In this document: piece by piece, positions 1 to 9,320 of the stretch
Layout: each line of letters opens with the position of its first letter
Position numbering within the stretch: position 1 is the stretch's first letter
Source: Treponema sp.
Lineage (GTDB): Bacteria; Spirochaetota; Spirochaetia; Treponematales; Breznakiellaceae
DNA length: 64,000 nt
NCBI GenBank assembly: GCA_031281025.1
Contig: JAITFY010000126.1
Span: 856 to 64,855, forward strand
Direction: 5' to 3'
Position numbers and translations under genes: made by a program
The notes under the pieces: generated by a model
What the model was told of the DNA's origin: nothing
What the model saw: the letters and a program-made list of their open reading frames with translations, nothing else
Databases searched by the model: none

Positions 1-544
1 CGATATAACAAGTGATTTTTATAGGGCGGGGCTTGCAGCAGCCGCTTTTGATAATGGCAAAAATGGCACCATTATGATCTTTGTTTGTCCTGATATCGAT
101 TCTAGTGTAAGAAATGATTTTATACAGGGAGTAAAAGACTATGAACATAGACCTAAATCATCCGGTAGGGCGCAGGCAAATGATGATGAAATGGAAATAA
201 TCGGAAGAAACACAAGAACCCATCCAAATACGGTCTTTTTTACGTCTTTTTCTCAATTTGTGGAAGTTTCAGACCTGTCTTGTGTGGTTATTATCGGAGC
301 TGGAACTGAATACATGGAAAAAAAAACCGATGTTCCGGTTATTTTATTTACCTGGCTTGATCCGTCTCTTGTACCGGATAATGTTGTATTGGTTGTAAAT
401 GATTCATCCTGGGCTCAGGTGGTCCATATTGTCAGGTTGTGGGGCAGCGAGGAGGCTCTGGGGTTTATTCCATCAAAATTTCATTTTATAAACACCAAAA
501 ATATCGACAGAAGGGTATTGCGAAAAATACAAAAAACTTGGTAA
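1..544 (+). CDS. Hypothetical protein, probably 5'-truncated by the window edge
   Basis: ORF track gives 74..544 and the frame appears open upstream of 74. No family recognised with confidence. Confidence 0.6.
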   Translation, partial: DITSDFYRAGLAAAAFDNGKNGTIMIFVCPDIDSSVRNDFIQGVKDYEHRPKSSGRAQANDDEMEIIGRNTRTHPNTVFFTSFSQFVEVSDLSCVVIIGAGTEYMEKKTDVPVILFTWLDPSLVPDNVVLVVNDSSWAQVVHIVRLWGSEEALGFIPSKFHFINTKNIDRRVLRKIQKTW

Positions 545-560
545 AATGGGGTCTTTTGGT

Positions 561-589
561 TTGACAAAGAAGCAATAAATCAATATAAT
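561..589 (+). promoter_or_regulatory. Consensus sigma70 promoter of the flaA pair
   Basis: TTGACA (561-566), 17 bp, TATAAT (584-589). SD AAGGAG precedes ATG 619. Confidence 0.85.
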
Positions 590-618
590 TTTAGACAAGG
601 AATATTTAAAGGAGCTAG

Positions 619-1407
619 ATGATGAAACATGGTTGTTTAAAAATTATCTGCCTGATTATCGTGGCATGTATAGCAGTCTTATCAGTACATGGTCAGGCCG
701 CCAGGACTGTCACTTTAGAAACAAGGGTTTTGGAATCTTTTAACGGAGATGCAGATGCCCCGTATGCTTGGAGAACACAGGCCAGCCGGTTTGCTTCAGT
801 AATGAGAGATGAAAGAGGCGAGCCAGTTCAGGGCAGTGACGGAAACGTACAAAGATACCCTCGTACTGCTTTTGTTGAAGCATGGCCGGTTCAGGTTTTT
901 GGTTATAACAGAAACAATGATCAGCCCATACGCAGTTTAGGCTTGAACGGTAAATTTGATCGCAGAGGATATAATTGGATTGATCTGTATCCTGTGTTGG
1001 CAAGTGATCCAGACGAAAAACCATTCGAAATACCCATACCTGGAAAAATACATAATATGGATATATGGGTGTGGGGAGCAAATCTATGGTACTATATAGA
1101 AGTTTATGTAAGAGATTATAGGGGAGTTGTCCATGCCTTAAGGTTGGGAGATATTGCTTTCCCCGGTTGGAGAAATCTTGCTGTAAATATCCCCAGCACT
1201 ATACCGCAGGAGAGGCGGACTCTTCCTGCCTATGCAGGACTCTCTTTTGTCAAGTTCCGTATATGGACGCAGCCTGTTGAAAAAGTAGATAGTTTTTTCA
1301 TCTACTTTAAACAGCTAAAAATACTGACTGACATGTTTGATCTATTGTTCGACGGTAATGACCTGGCTGATCCAGATAATGTTGAAAGACTCTGGTCAGG
1401 CAATTAA
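619..1407 (+). CDS. flaA: Flagellar filament outer-layer (sheath) protein, FlaA family
   Basis: Signal peptide. FlaA motifs FDRRGYNWIDLYP, IPIPG, IWVWGAN, GDIAFPGWRNL and FFIYFKQLK. Confidence 0.85.
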   Translation: MMKHGCLKIICLIIVACIAVLSVHGQAARTVTLETRVLESFNGDADAPYAWRTQASRFASVMRDERGEPVQGSDGNVQRYPRTAFVEAWPVQVFGYNRNNDQPIRSLGLNGKFDRRGYNWIDLYPVLASDPDEKPFEIPIPGKIHNMDIWVWGANLWYYIEVYVRDYRGVVHALRLGDIAFPGWRNLAVNIPSTIPQERRTLPAYAGLSFVKFRIWTQPVEKVDSFFIYFKQLKILTDMFDLLFDGNDLADPDNVERLWSGN

Positions 1408-1418
1408 GGAGTAAAAAA

Positions 1419-2141
1419 ATGAAAAAGTTTTTAATTGTTACATTAATACTAATAATAGGCAGCTTTTTGTATGCCCAGGATAGGGAAATAGGAGCTCCAG
1501 ATGCAACCAGGCTTGGGATTGAAACCGCGCAACAGGTAATTAGAGAAGTGTCTGTTGATAAGTTTGAACATGATGGTTTCTGGATGTCCAGAATATCTCC
1601 AGATGATGGTTTTGCAACTTCCAGATTATTCCGCGGCTCTCCCGCAGGAAAACAGCCAATACCTGAAGAAGAAGGATTAGACATCCCCGATGATTATGTA
1701 CTTGGTACAAGGGTAGATTTTCTTCGCAGAGGACATCATAGTTTCTTTGTCTTTCCTTTACGTCCCATTCCAATAGAAGGTATAGTAAAGACAGTTTCCA
1801 TGTGGGTTGCAGGCCGTAATTTTAACCATGAGCTTTTTATTCTGATTCAGGATTTCTTTGGAAGGCAATATGAATTCAGCATGGGCAGACTTAATTTCCA
1901 GGGTTGGCAGAGAGTGTGGGCGGTAATTCCGCCGGCGCCGGAAGATGGATTAAGCGGTGTTGTACAACGCAGCCGTCATCATTTAGATCACTTTGGCATA
2001 AAAGTTATTGGTTTCCGTATCGATGTTGATCCACTGGAAGCAAGAGGCTCTTACTATATTTACTTTGATGATCTGCGTGCAGAAACAGATCTTTTTACAG
2101 AATATCACCGTGATCCTGACGATATGGTTGATGGCTGGTAA
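1419..2141 (+). CDS. flaA: Second FlaA-family sheath protein
   Basis: Signal peptide. Motifs PIPIEGIVKTVSMWVAGRN, GRLNFQGW and YYIYFDDLRA. Tandem paralog of the upstream gene. Confidence 0.85.
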   Translation: MKKFLIVTLILIIGSFLYAQDREIGAPDATRLGIETAQQVIREVSVDKFEHDGFWMSRISPDDGFATSRLFRGSPAGKQPIPEEEGLDIPDDYVLGTRVDFLRRGHHSFFVFPLRPIPIEGIVKTVSMWVAGRNFNHELFILIQDFFGRQYEFSMGRLNFQGWQRVWAVIPPAPEDGLSGVVQRSRHHLDHFGIKVIGFRIDVDPLEARGSYYIYFDDLRAETDLFTEYHRDPDDMVDGW

Positions 2142-2150
2142 AAATTGATG

Positions 2151-2181
2151 AAAGCTGCTAATTTTAATTGGCAGCTTTTTT
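2151..2181 (+). terminator. Rho-independent terminator after the flaA pair
   Basis: Hairpin AAAGCTGCTAA...TTGGCAGCTTT followed by a T-tract. Confidence 0.75.
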
Positions 2182-2192
2182 AATATACTGAC

Positions 2193-3893
2193 ATGAATAT
2201 TACTGGAAAGAGCGCTGCCCCCGGAGTGGTGTTAGGCAGTATCTATATCTACAATAAAAAATTCATTATTCCCAAAGAAAGTTTTTTAAATAGAGACGAA
2301 AGACAAAGCCATCTTGATCGTTATCTTTTAATAAAGGAACAGGCAAAGACAGAGCTAGAAGAGCTTAAAATTTCCCTGCAAAAAATTGATCCTGCAAAAG
2401 CCGAAATTTTTGGGGCGCATCAGGAAATTGTTGATGATATTACAATTAACGAAGAAATCCCTGCACGTATTTTAAGCGATCTTTGGTCGGGCGATTGGGC
2501 TATCTTCCAGGTTTACGAAACTATCATAACAGTTTTAAAGCAGACTGCCGATTCATTAATCTCGGAGCGTTCGGATGACTTTGATGATGTCCGCGCCCTT
2601 TTACTGCGATTATGGTATGGGCAAAAAAATGAACGTCTTTCTTCTTTAAAAGATCCTGTAATAATTGCAGCGTATGATCTAAAACCTTCGGATACTGCAA
2701 GTTTTGACAAAAACAAAGTATTGGCAATTCTTACAGAAACAGGAGGGGTAACTTCTCATTCTGCGATAATTGCCAAGAGCTATGGCATCCCTGCCATTTT
2801 GGGTATTGAAGGCCTTTTAAGCCTTGTAAAACAGGGGCAGCAAGCCGCAGTGAACGCAACAGAAGGAACGGTAATTCTTGATCCAAAGGATGATATAGTA
2901 ACCGAATATAATATAAAAAACAAAGATTTTCTTCGTGATAGAGAAGAAGCTTTTACCTATATGGATAAAGAAGGTTTAACATCGTGTGGAGTAAAAATCG
3001 ATATTGGCATTAATTTATCAGATTGTGACAGCGAAAACGATCTAAAAAACTATGTAGATATGGCCGGTCTTTTTAGAACCGAATTTTTATTTTTGGGGCG
3101 TAATACATTGCCGTCCGAAGAAGAACAATTTATCTCTTACAAAAAAGTTTTGGAAAATTATGGTCAAAAACCATTTGTTCTTCGTACTTTGGACATTGGC
3201 GCGGATAAATTATTATCATGTATGGACAACAAAAGCGATGAAAGCCCGTTTTCTACAAACCGCGGTATTAGGTTTTGTTTTAATAATCCCGGTATCTTTA
3301 AAACGCAAATAAGAGCTGCTTTACGCGCGTCTGTTTATGGCAATTTATGGCTCATGCTTCCTATGATAAGTTCTTTGGATTGTATACGCAAAGCAAAAAA
3401 GCTTATTTCCGATGTCTGTCTGGAGCTGGAAAAAGAAGGAATCCCGGTTGCTTTATTTAAGACCGGTATTATGATAGAAGTTCCTTCTATTGCGTTAATA
3501 TCCGCCTTTGCCGCAAAAGAAGTGGATTTTGCCAGTATAGGTTCAAACGATTTATGCCAGTATGTATGCGCCGCCGACAGAGCAGACAGCGCAGATGCCG
3601 GTTACTACCAAAGTTACCATCCTGCCATGTTTCATCTTATCAAAGAGGTTACCGGCTCTTTTTTGCAGGAAGGAAAACCAATTTCCATCTGCGGCGAACT
3701 GGGAAGCGATCCTCTTGTTGTGCCGGTACTTATCGGGCTCGGTTTAAGAAAACTAAGCATGGGAGGCGCATCCATCGCGCCTGTAAAGCGTACAATAGCG
3801 TCATTAACCATCGAGAAAGCTCAACAAATAGCGCAAGAGGTTCTGCAGCTACAAACCGCTGCGCAAATAGAGGAGTATCAAAAAAACAGATAA
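2193..3893 (+). CDS. ptsI: PEP-protein phosphotransferase (PTS enzyme I)
   Basis: GGVTSHSAIIA phospho-His motif, GLFRTEFLF, RTLDIG, GIMIEVPS, SIGSNDL and ICGE. Confidence 0.95.
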   Translation: MNITGKSAAPGVVLGSIYIYNKKFIIPKESFLNRDERQSHLDRYLLIKEQAKTELEELKISLQKIDPAKAEIFGAHQEIVDDITINEEIPARILSDLWSGDWAIFQVYETIITVLKQTADSLISERSDDFDDVRALLLRLWYGQKNERLSSLKDPVIIAAYDLKPSDTASFDKNKVLAILTETGGVTSHSAIIAKSYGIPAILGIEGLLSLVKQGQQAAVNATEGTVILDPKDDIVTEYNIKNKDFLRDREEAFTYMDKEGLTSCGVKIDIGINLSDCDSENDLKNYVDMAGLFRTEFLFLGRNTLPSEEEQFISYKKVLENYGQKPFVLRTLDIGADKLLSCMDNKSDESPFSTNRGIRFCFNNPGIFKTQIRAALRASVYGNLWLMLPMISSLDCIRKAKKLISDVCLELEKEGIPVALFKTGIMIEVPSIALISAFAAKEVDFASIGSNDLCQYVCAADRADSADAGYYQSYHPAMFHLIKEVTGSFLQEGKPISICGELGSDPLVVPVLIGLGLRKLSMGGASIAPVKRTIASLTIEKAQQIAQEVLQLQTAAQIEEYQKNR

Positions 3894-3895
3894 AT

Positions 3896-3932
3896 GAGGC
3901 TGTCCCAAAACTTCAGTTTTTGCAACAGCCTC
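3896..3932. repeat. REP-like palindrome or terminator
   Basis: GAGGCTGT-CCCAAAAC-TTCA-GTTTTTGCA-ACAGCCTC imperfect inverted repeat just after the ptsI stop. Confidence 0.65.
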
Positions 3933-3934
3933 GG

Positions 3935-3963
3935 TTGACTTTCCCGCTTCTTTGTGGCAAAAT
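3935..3963 (+). promoter_or_regulatory. Putative sigma70 promoter of the surface module
   Basis: TTGACT, 17 bp, CAAAAT with a TG extension. SD GGGAGG precedes ATG 3986. Confidence 0.55.
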
Positions 3964-3985
3964 TTGCATACAGGGAGGTTAACTT

Positions 3986-6900
3986 ATGGTAAACTTAAAA
4001 AAAAAGGTTTCCGGTTCCCCATTAGTGTACGTTTGTAAGAAGCTTTGCAATTTTAGGCGCTTTTCTATATTATCTGCCGCTTTTTTATTTGTTCTCTTTT
4101 TTTTGTTTTTTACAAGTTGCGATGTACTATTTAGCCCTGCCAATCCCGATTATTTCGATGCTTTGCAGGAGGAACTGGCTTGGGCTAATGCAAAGCGGTT
4201 GAACGTTCGAGTTGAACACATAGGGGATTGGGGATTCAGTACTCCGCAGCAGGGGTCTATTGCGCCGGGGCCAAGGGATATTCGCCAGGGATTTCCTTTT
4301 ACCATAGAGTTTACACCCGATCCTGCCTATGTGCTTACGGGGTGGGTTGCGTATTTTACTTCCGATTTGGATGAATTAAGAATCGATCGCCCCTGGACAG
4401 ATGATCCTACACTTCTTAATGATATTGATGCTCTTGGCATTGACGATATTACCATGCCTGAGCCGAACTCCGGCAGCGGCGCTTTTACGTTTACCATACA
4501 CACCGAAAAAGATATAACGCTGATTCCTGAGTGCAGGACAGAACCTCGCGTTACAAGAACCGAACCCCGCAACAATCCAGAACAGTACGCTTCCAGAGCG
4601 GCGGAAATAAACATTTTTTTTAACGGCTCACTCAATGACAGTACAGTAGGTTTTGCCGCCAGCGAAGGGGCAAACGGTATTTGGATTACGGCAACAAATC
4701 AGAGTACAGGAGCTGTTACAAACCTTAATAACACTCATTACAGTGCGCCGGAATATTCAGCAACGGGCGGTTTTTACAGAATTATAATTAACCCTACGAG
4801 TAATCTGCCCCCAGTAAACAGTTTGATAGAGGTTACTGTCAGGGGCATACAGAATATAAACAATGAGCCAATGAGCTTACCTTATACTTTTTCGTGGAAA
4901 ACTCCTGAATCATCAGCGGCTAATATCATTTCATGGAGTGCATCATATAACGAAACGTTAAACACAATCAATATTTCATGGAATACTACAGGCGCCGACA
5001 GGGTTATAACATTTTACCGGGTTAACGGCGGGACGAATATTCCTCTTACAGACGGACCGGCAGCAATCGGCAGCGGTACTATCAGCAATGTGCCAAGGAT
5101 TGATACCTCTGGCGTACGGGAAGGAAGGGCTGTCAGCGGCATAAATGAATATGTAATTGTGATGGAACTCTATTCCGACGGCATACGGCTGGTTTACAAT
5201 GATTTTAAGATTTGGAATATTCCTGGTATGGTCGTAAACAATAACGATACAGTAACTGAAATCAGCACATCGGCCCAGCTTGATGCCATACCGAATAATA
5301 CACTAAGGCAGTTTGTACTTGTAAATGACATCACAGTTAGTAATCATATTCCCATCAACAGTTTTCAAGGTAGGTTCTACGGCAATGGGCATACTATTAC
5401 GATTAATAGTTTTAGTGTGGGGGTATTGGCTAACAGAGGTCTGTTTGGCAGTGTCAATGTCAACGCGCAAATACGCGATCTGCGCGTTGAATATGAAAAT
5501 GTTTCCGTAAGTAGTAATAGCACTTTGAACTTCGGCGGGATAACAGGGAGTGCAATCGGCAATAGCATTATTCGTAATGTCATTGTTGGCAGAAATGGGA
5601 ATAAGGTTACTGTTACAAACACAAATACGTCAAGTTTATCAACAAATGCCGGGATTATTACCGGAGTTATGGAGTCTACTGTCCTTATCGAAAACTGTTA
5701 TGCAGGGCTGGAACTTGAAGTAAACGTACCTGCAAATGGGAACAGCTATATCCGCGCGGGCGGTATAACAGGGCGAATTGATCATGTACCGGTGGGAACA
5801 TCAACAAGAGTTATGATAGACCGCGTTACCGTTGCGGGGACTGTAAACGCTTCATCTCTTAATGTTAGTAACTCAAACAATTCAATACACATTGGGGGCA
5901 TTGTTGGAGATAGCTATGGGCGCGGCATCATACAAAACTCTGAAGTTTCGGGAACAATTATAATGGATTCCAGAAATACCTTAAACAATACTAATCTTAA
6001 CTTCATCATGGGCGGTATAATTGGCAGAATGAGGGACGGGCATATTTTAAACTGTCATTTTACAGGGACAATTAATATCCCTAATACATATAGAGTAGCA
6101 AGACAAACCTATATAGGTGGTGTTGCAGGGACAGTAGGGTTTATCAATAATGGTGATACAGGCAACACACACATTCAAGCGGCTGTAACTGTGAAACAAT
6201 CAACTGCCAGCGGAGATATTTCCTTTAGAAACTCCAACCAAAGTAAAATCGTACTTGGCGGCGTAGTCGGCGGCGCCTGGGGCAATGTGTCTTTAAATCA
6301 TTGGATTACCTTTGAAGACTGCGAGTATTTAAGCGGAATTATATATGTACACGCAATAGGCGATTCAAATGTAGGCGGTTTTGCAGGCGATATTATCAAC
6401 CTTGTCCATGTAATAAACTGTAGAAGCCGGGCGGAATTAATAAACGTTGATATGGAAGTAAGGACACATTCTCATGTAGGAGGTTTTGCAGGCATGTTTC
6501 GCGGACATATCCAAGGCTGTTACAGTCTTTCGCCTGTTAATATAACCAGCAGAAGTGGAGCTACTACCTCCGGCGACTTACGTGCCGGCGGGTTTTTAGG
6601 AATGACTGGTCACGAAAGTGGTGGAACATACCAGGCTCCTTCCGGCGGCTGGTCGGTAAACCGTTGTTATTCTACCGGCTCGGTTACTGTAAATTCTTCC
6701 AGAACTAACGGCAACTATCGAGCTGGAGGTTTTATAGGACTAACGGATGGACCGTATAACATAAGAGACTGTTATTCTACAGGTCATGTTTATTTAAACA
6801 GAAGTAATTTACCTACTGCTCATACTACGATTGGCGGGTTTATAGGATTTAATGCTATTTCAATAGGCCATTTTATTGAACGTTGTTTTTCTGCCGGTTC

Positions 6901-7357
6901 TGTTACTGCAAAAGTAAATTATCCTCCTACGGGAAATCAACATTATTTCGTGGGAGGTTTTATTGGAGAGTCTAATGATGGTACAGTAAGGAACAATGCA
7001 ACGCTTGGATCATTTGTATATAAAGCAGGTAACAGTCCTGATGCAGGCAGAAACCATGCTCCGGCGCGGATACGGGCCGGAAACAATGATAATAATTTAA
7101 CCAATAACTTTGCATCGGATTCCATGCGTCTTGAAACCAGCGCTTACAATGGTATGACTTTAACAACGCAAGCCCCTACAAATGGCCGTGATTTGAGAGA
7201 CGGGTTTAATGTTCCCGCAATTTTATTTTATGGTCAGAATGTTTGGACTAATATTGCTGCCGGTTTTGGCTTGAGCTTTAACAGCACTAACTGGGACTTT
7301 ACAGGTCTTGTTGATCGCGGTTATCCAATGCTCAGGAACGTGGGGGGCCAGAGGTAA
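3986..7357 (+). CDS. Large surface lipoprotein/adhesin with Ig-like domain(s) and GLUG-type GGxxG repeats
   Basis: Hydrophobic stretch ending in lipobox-like FFTS-C. Ig-like segment PRVTRTEP...YTFSWKT. Motifs FYGNGHTIT and GLFG, more than 10 GG(I/F/V)xG repeats with CYSTG/CFSAG, and C-terminal WDF...GYPML. Asn/Gly/Thr rich. Confidence 0.75.
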   Translation: MVNLKKKVSGSPLVYVCKKLCNFRRFSILSAAFLFVLFFLFFTSCDVLFSPANPDYFDALQEELAWANAKRLNVRVEHIGDWGFSTPQQGSIAPGPRDIRQGFPFTIEFTPDPAYVLTGWVAYFTSDLDELRIDRPWTDDPTLLNDIDALGIDDITMPEPNSGSGAFTFTIHTEKDITLIPECRTEPRVTRTEPRNNPEQYASRAAEINIFFNGSLNDSTVGFAASEGANGIWITATNQSTGAVTNLNNTHYSAPEYSATGGFYRIIINPTSNLPPVNSLIEVTVRGIQNINNEPMSLPYTFSWKTPESSAANIISWSASYNETLNTINISWNTTGADRVITFYRVNGGTNIPLTDGPAAIGSGTISNVPRIDTSGVREGRAVSGINEYVIVMELYSDGIRLVYNDFKIWNIPGMVVNNNDTVTEISTSAQLDAIPNNTLRQFVLVNDITVSNHIPINSFQGRFYGNGHTITINSFSVGVLANRGLFGSVNVNAQIRDLRVEYENVSVSSNSTLNFGGITGSAIGNSIIRNVIVGRNGNKVTVTNTNTSSLSTNAGIITGVMESTVLIENCYAGLELEVNVPANGNSYIRAGGITGRIDHVPVGTSTRVMIDRVTVAGTVNASSLNVSNSNNSIHIGGIVGDSYGRGIIQNSEVSGTIIMDSRNTLNNTNLNFIMGGIIGRMRDGHILNCHFTGTINIPNTYRVARQTYIGGVAGTVGFINNGDTGNTHIQAAVTVKQSTASGDISFRNSNQSKIVLGGVVGGAWGNVSLNHWITFEDCEYLSGIIYVHAIGDSNVGGFAGDIINLVHVINCRSRAELINVDMEVRTHSHVGGFAGMFRGHIQGCYSLSPVNITSRSGATTSGDLRAGGFLGMTGHESGGTYQAPSGGWSVNRCYSTGSVTVNSSRTNGNYRAGGFIGLTDGPYNIRDCYSTGHVYLNRSNLPTAHTTIGGFIGFNAISIGHFIERCFSAGSVTAKVNYPPTGNQHYFVGGFIGESNDGTVRNNATLGSFVYKAGNSPDAGRNHAPARIRAGNNDNNLTNNFASDSMRLETSAYNGMTLTTQAPTNGRDLRDGFNVPAILFYGQNVWTNIAAGFGLSFNSTNWDFTGLVDRGYPMLRNVGGQR

Positions 7358-7364
7358 ACTGGGA

Positions 7365-9305
7365 ATGAGGATGTTCAAAAAAATAGCAATTATCTTATTT
7401 GCTTACTGCTGTCTGCTCACCGCTGACTGTTTTGCTTTTGATTTTAACTTTCGTCCCAGAGCTTTTGTTTCAATTCCTTCGCCTTCAGGCAACATTAATG
7501 CTGCCGGGAATACGATGTATAATGTTGGCGGCGGCGGTGATATTGGTTTTGAAATTGACCTTTCTACTGTCTGGCCTAATCCGATTGGTTTAGGATATAC
7601 AGCCGGTGTCGAGGGCGGTTTAATGATCAATCCGTTTAAAAATGATAATTCAACAAACGTGAATTTTTATTCTTTTGGCGGTTCTTTGGGTTTGTATTTT
7701 TTCCCCCTGTCAAGGCTCTTTACCCGTATAGACGGAGCTGTAGGTGTGTTTAGGTCGGCTAATGAGGTTACCGGAAACAGCGAACCGGGGTTGTTTTTGC
7801 GCGGCGGCGGTGAACTTGGTTTTCGTTTTACGCCTGGTTTTACCCTTGCGGCGAATACTGGCTGGAGACAATATAGAATAACAGATAATATTTTGAACTC
7901 GATCTGGTATGCCGGCTTGACAACGCAGGTTACTTTTCATACCGGCAGGGGGAAAAACGAAGGGGTAAGCGCCCTATTGGATCAGTTTGGGGCGGTGTAT
8001 CCTGCTTTTATACAGCTTTACCATACTAATTCGCTTGGCTCTGTTGTTATACGCAATAACGAAAATGCAGAGATTAGGGATGTCCGTTTGAGTTTCCGGG
8101 CGGCTGCGTTTACATCTTCGGAGTTTCCATGCGGATCGGTTTCGATTATCCCGCGAGGGCGTACTGTCCAGCTTCCGCTCCTTGCGGATTTCTCCCCAGA
8201 GATTTTACGTTTTACAGATAACGGCCGTATTGTAGGCGACCTTGTAATCCGCTACCGGTTCCTGGGGCAGGAGCGGGAGGTTGTCAGGGCGGTTACTGTA
8301 GCGGTAAATAGCCGCAACATGGTTTCCGTCAGTAATGACGGCTCTGTAGAAGCGGCGGCATTGGCGGCATTTATCTCCCCTACATCACCGGAAGTTCTTG
8401 ATTTTGCAAGATTTGTAGCTGGAATAGAACGGGCAAACCGGAGAATGGGCCACAATCAAAACTTTAATTATGCGCTATGGCTTGTTGAAAGTTTAAATCA
8501 GGCAGTAATTGGCAGGGAGCAGACAGTGGTTAATAGTGTTCAGTTTCCTTCCGAAACTTTGTTGTTCCGCTCCGGTACGAGTAAAGACATTGCTTTGTTG
8601 TTTGCCGCTTGTCTTGAAGCAGTGGGTATACGTTCTGCTTTTTTGCAAATCAGGGATGAACAATTAGAAATGAACGATGAGATCTTTGTAGCGGTTAATC
8701 TTAGGGTTAATCAAGCTGCGGCTGAAACCTTGTTTAATGGACTTAACCGTATATTGATAATCAATGACGAAGTTTGGCTGCCATTGTCTATGGATGTATT
8801 AAATGACGGTTTTATGGCTTGCTGGGCAGCGGGGGTTGCCGGAAAGGACAGAGCTTTTAACACCGGAGCCTCTATGGAGTTTGTAACTGTAGAAGAAGGC
8901 TGGGCAATTTTTCCGCCTGCACCCTTGCCGGAATTGGGAAGGAGTGTTATTCGCACTGACAATACCGCTTTAACAAACTCGGTGAATCGTGCTTTGCAAT
9001 CGTATATTACGCAAGAGATAAATCCGGTTATCCAGAGAACATTAACCAATGCACAGGGTAATGCCGCTAGTCAAAACCGGCTGGGGATTTTGTATGCAAG
9101 AGCCGGCAGGATAAACGAAGCAAAAACAGCTTATGAACGTGCCGCCGGTTTGGGATCGGTTCCGGCAATGACCAACCGGGGCAACCTTGCCTTAATCGAA
9201 AGGGATTTTGCCGCAGCGGAAAGATGGTTCAGGCAGGCATTACAACGCGAGCCGCAAAATGCTGCCGCGCTTCGAGGCATAGACAGAATTGCAGGAAGTA
9301 GATAA
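7365..9305 (+). CDS. Outer-membrane beta-barrel + Ig-like + inactive transglutaminase-like domain + C-terminal TPR
   Basis: Signal peptide, then about 170 aa of alternating Gly/aromatic beta-strands. Paralog of the next gene. TPRs at NRLGILYARAG and NRGNLALIERDF. Start moved from 7308 to ATG 7365 (7371 is an alternative). Confidence 0.7.
   Translation: MRMFKKIAIILFAYCCLLTADCFAFDFNFRPRAFVSIPSPSGNINAAGNTMYNVGGGGDIGFEIDLSTVWPNPIGLGYTAGVEGGLMINPFKNDNSTNVNFYSFGGSLGLYFFPLSRLFTRIDGAVGVFRSANEVTGNSEPGLFLRGGGELGFRFTPGFTLAANTGWRQYRITDNILNSIWYAGLTTQVTFHTGRGKNEGVSALLDQFGAVYPAFIQLYHTNSLGSVVIRNNENAEIRDVRLSFRAAAFTSSEFPCGSVSIIPRGRTVQLPLLADFSPEILRFTDNGRIVGDLVIRYRFLGQEREVVRAVTVAVNSRNMVSVSNDGSVEAAALAAFISPTSPEVLDFARFVAGIERANRRMGHNQNFNYALWLVESLNQAVIGREQTVVNSVQFPSETLLFRSGTSKDIALLFAACLEAVGIRSAFLQIRDEQLEMNDEIFVAVNLRVNQAAAETLFNGLNRILIINDEVWLPLSMDVLNDGFMACWAAGVAGKDRAFNTGASMEFVTVEEGWAIFPPAPLPELGRSVIRTDNTALTNSVNRALQSYITQEINPVIQRTLTNAQGNAASQNRLGILYARAGRINEAKTAYERAAGLGSVPAMTNRGNLALIERDFAAAERWFRQALQREPQNAAALRGIDRIAGSR
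7403..7430 (-). repeat. Heptamer tandem repeat in a signal-peptide coding region
   Basis: Minus strand ACAGTCA-GCGGTGA-GCAGACA-GCAGTAA. Confidence 0.6.
8653..8680 (+). repeat. Heptamer tandem repeat within a CDS
   Basis: GGGATGA-ACAATTA-GAAATGA-ACGATGA. Confidence 0.6.
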
Positions 9306-9320
9306 CAATAGGAATTAAAA

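Noticed and set aside
5530-6970. Recurrent GGC/GGT motifs as a DNA repeat array, CRISPR or DGR
   Set aside because: They reflect protein-level GGxxG repeats. There are no identical DNA repeats, spacers or reverse transcriptase.
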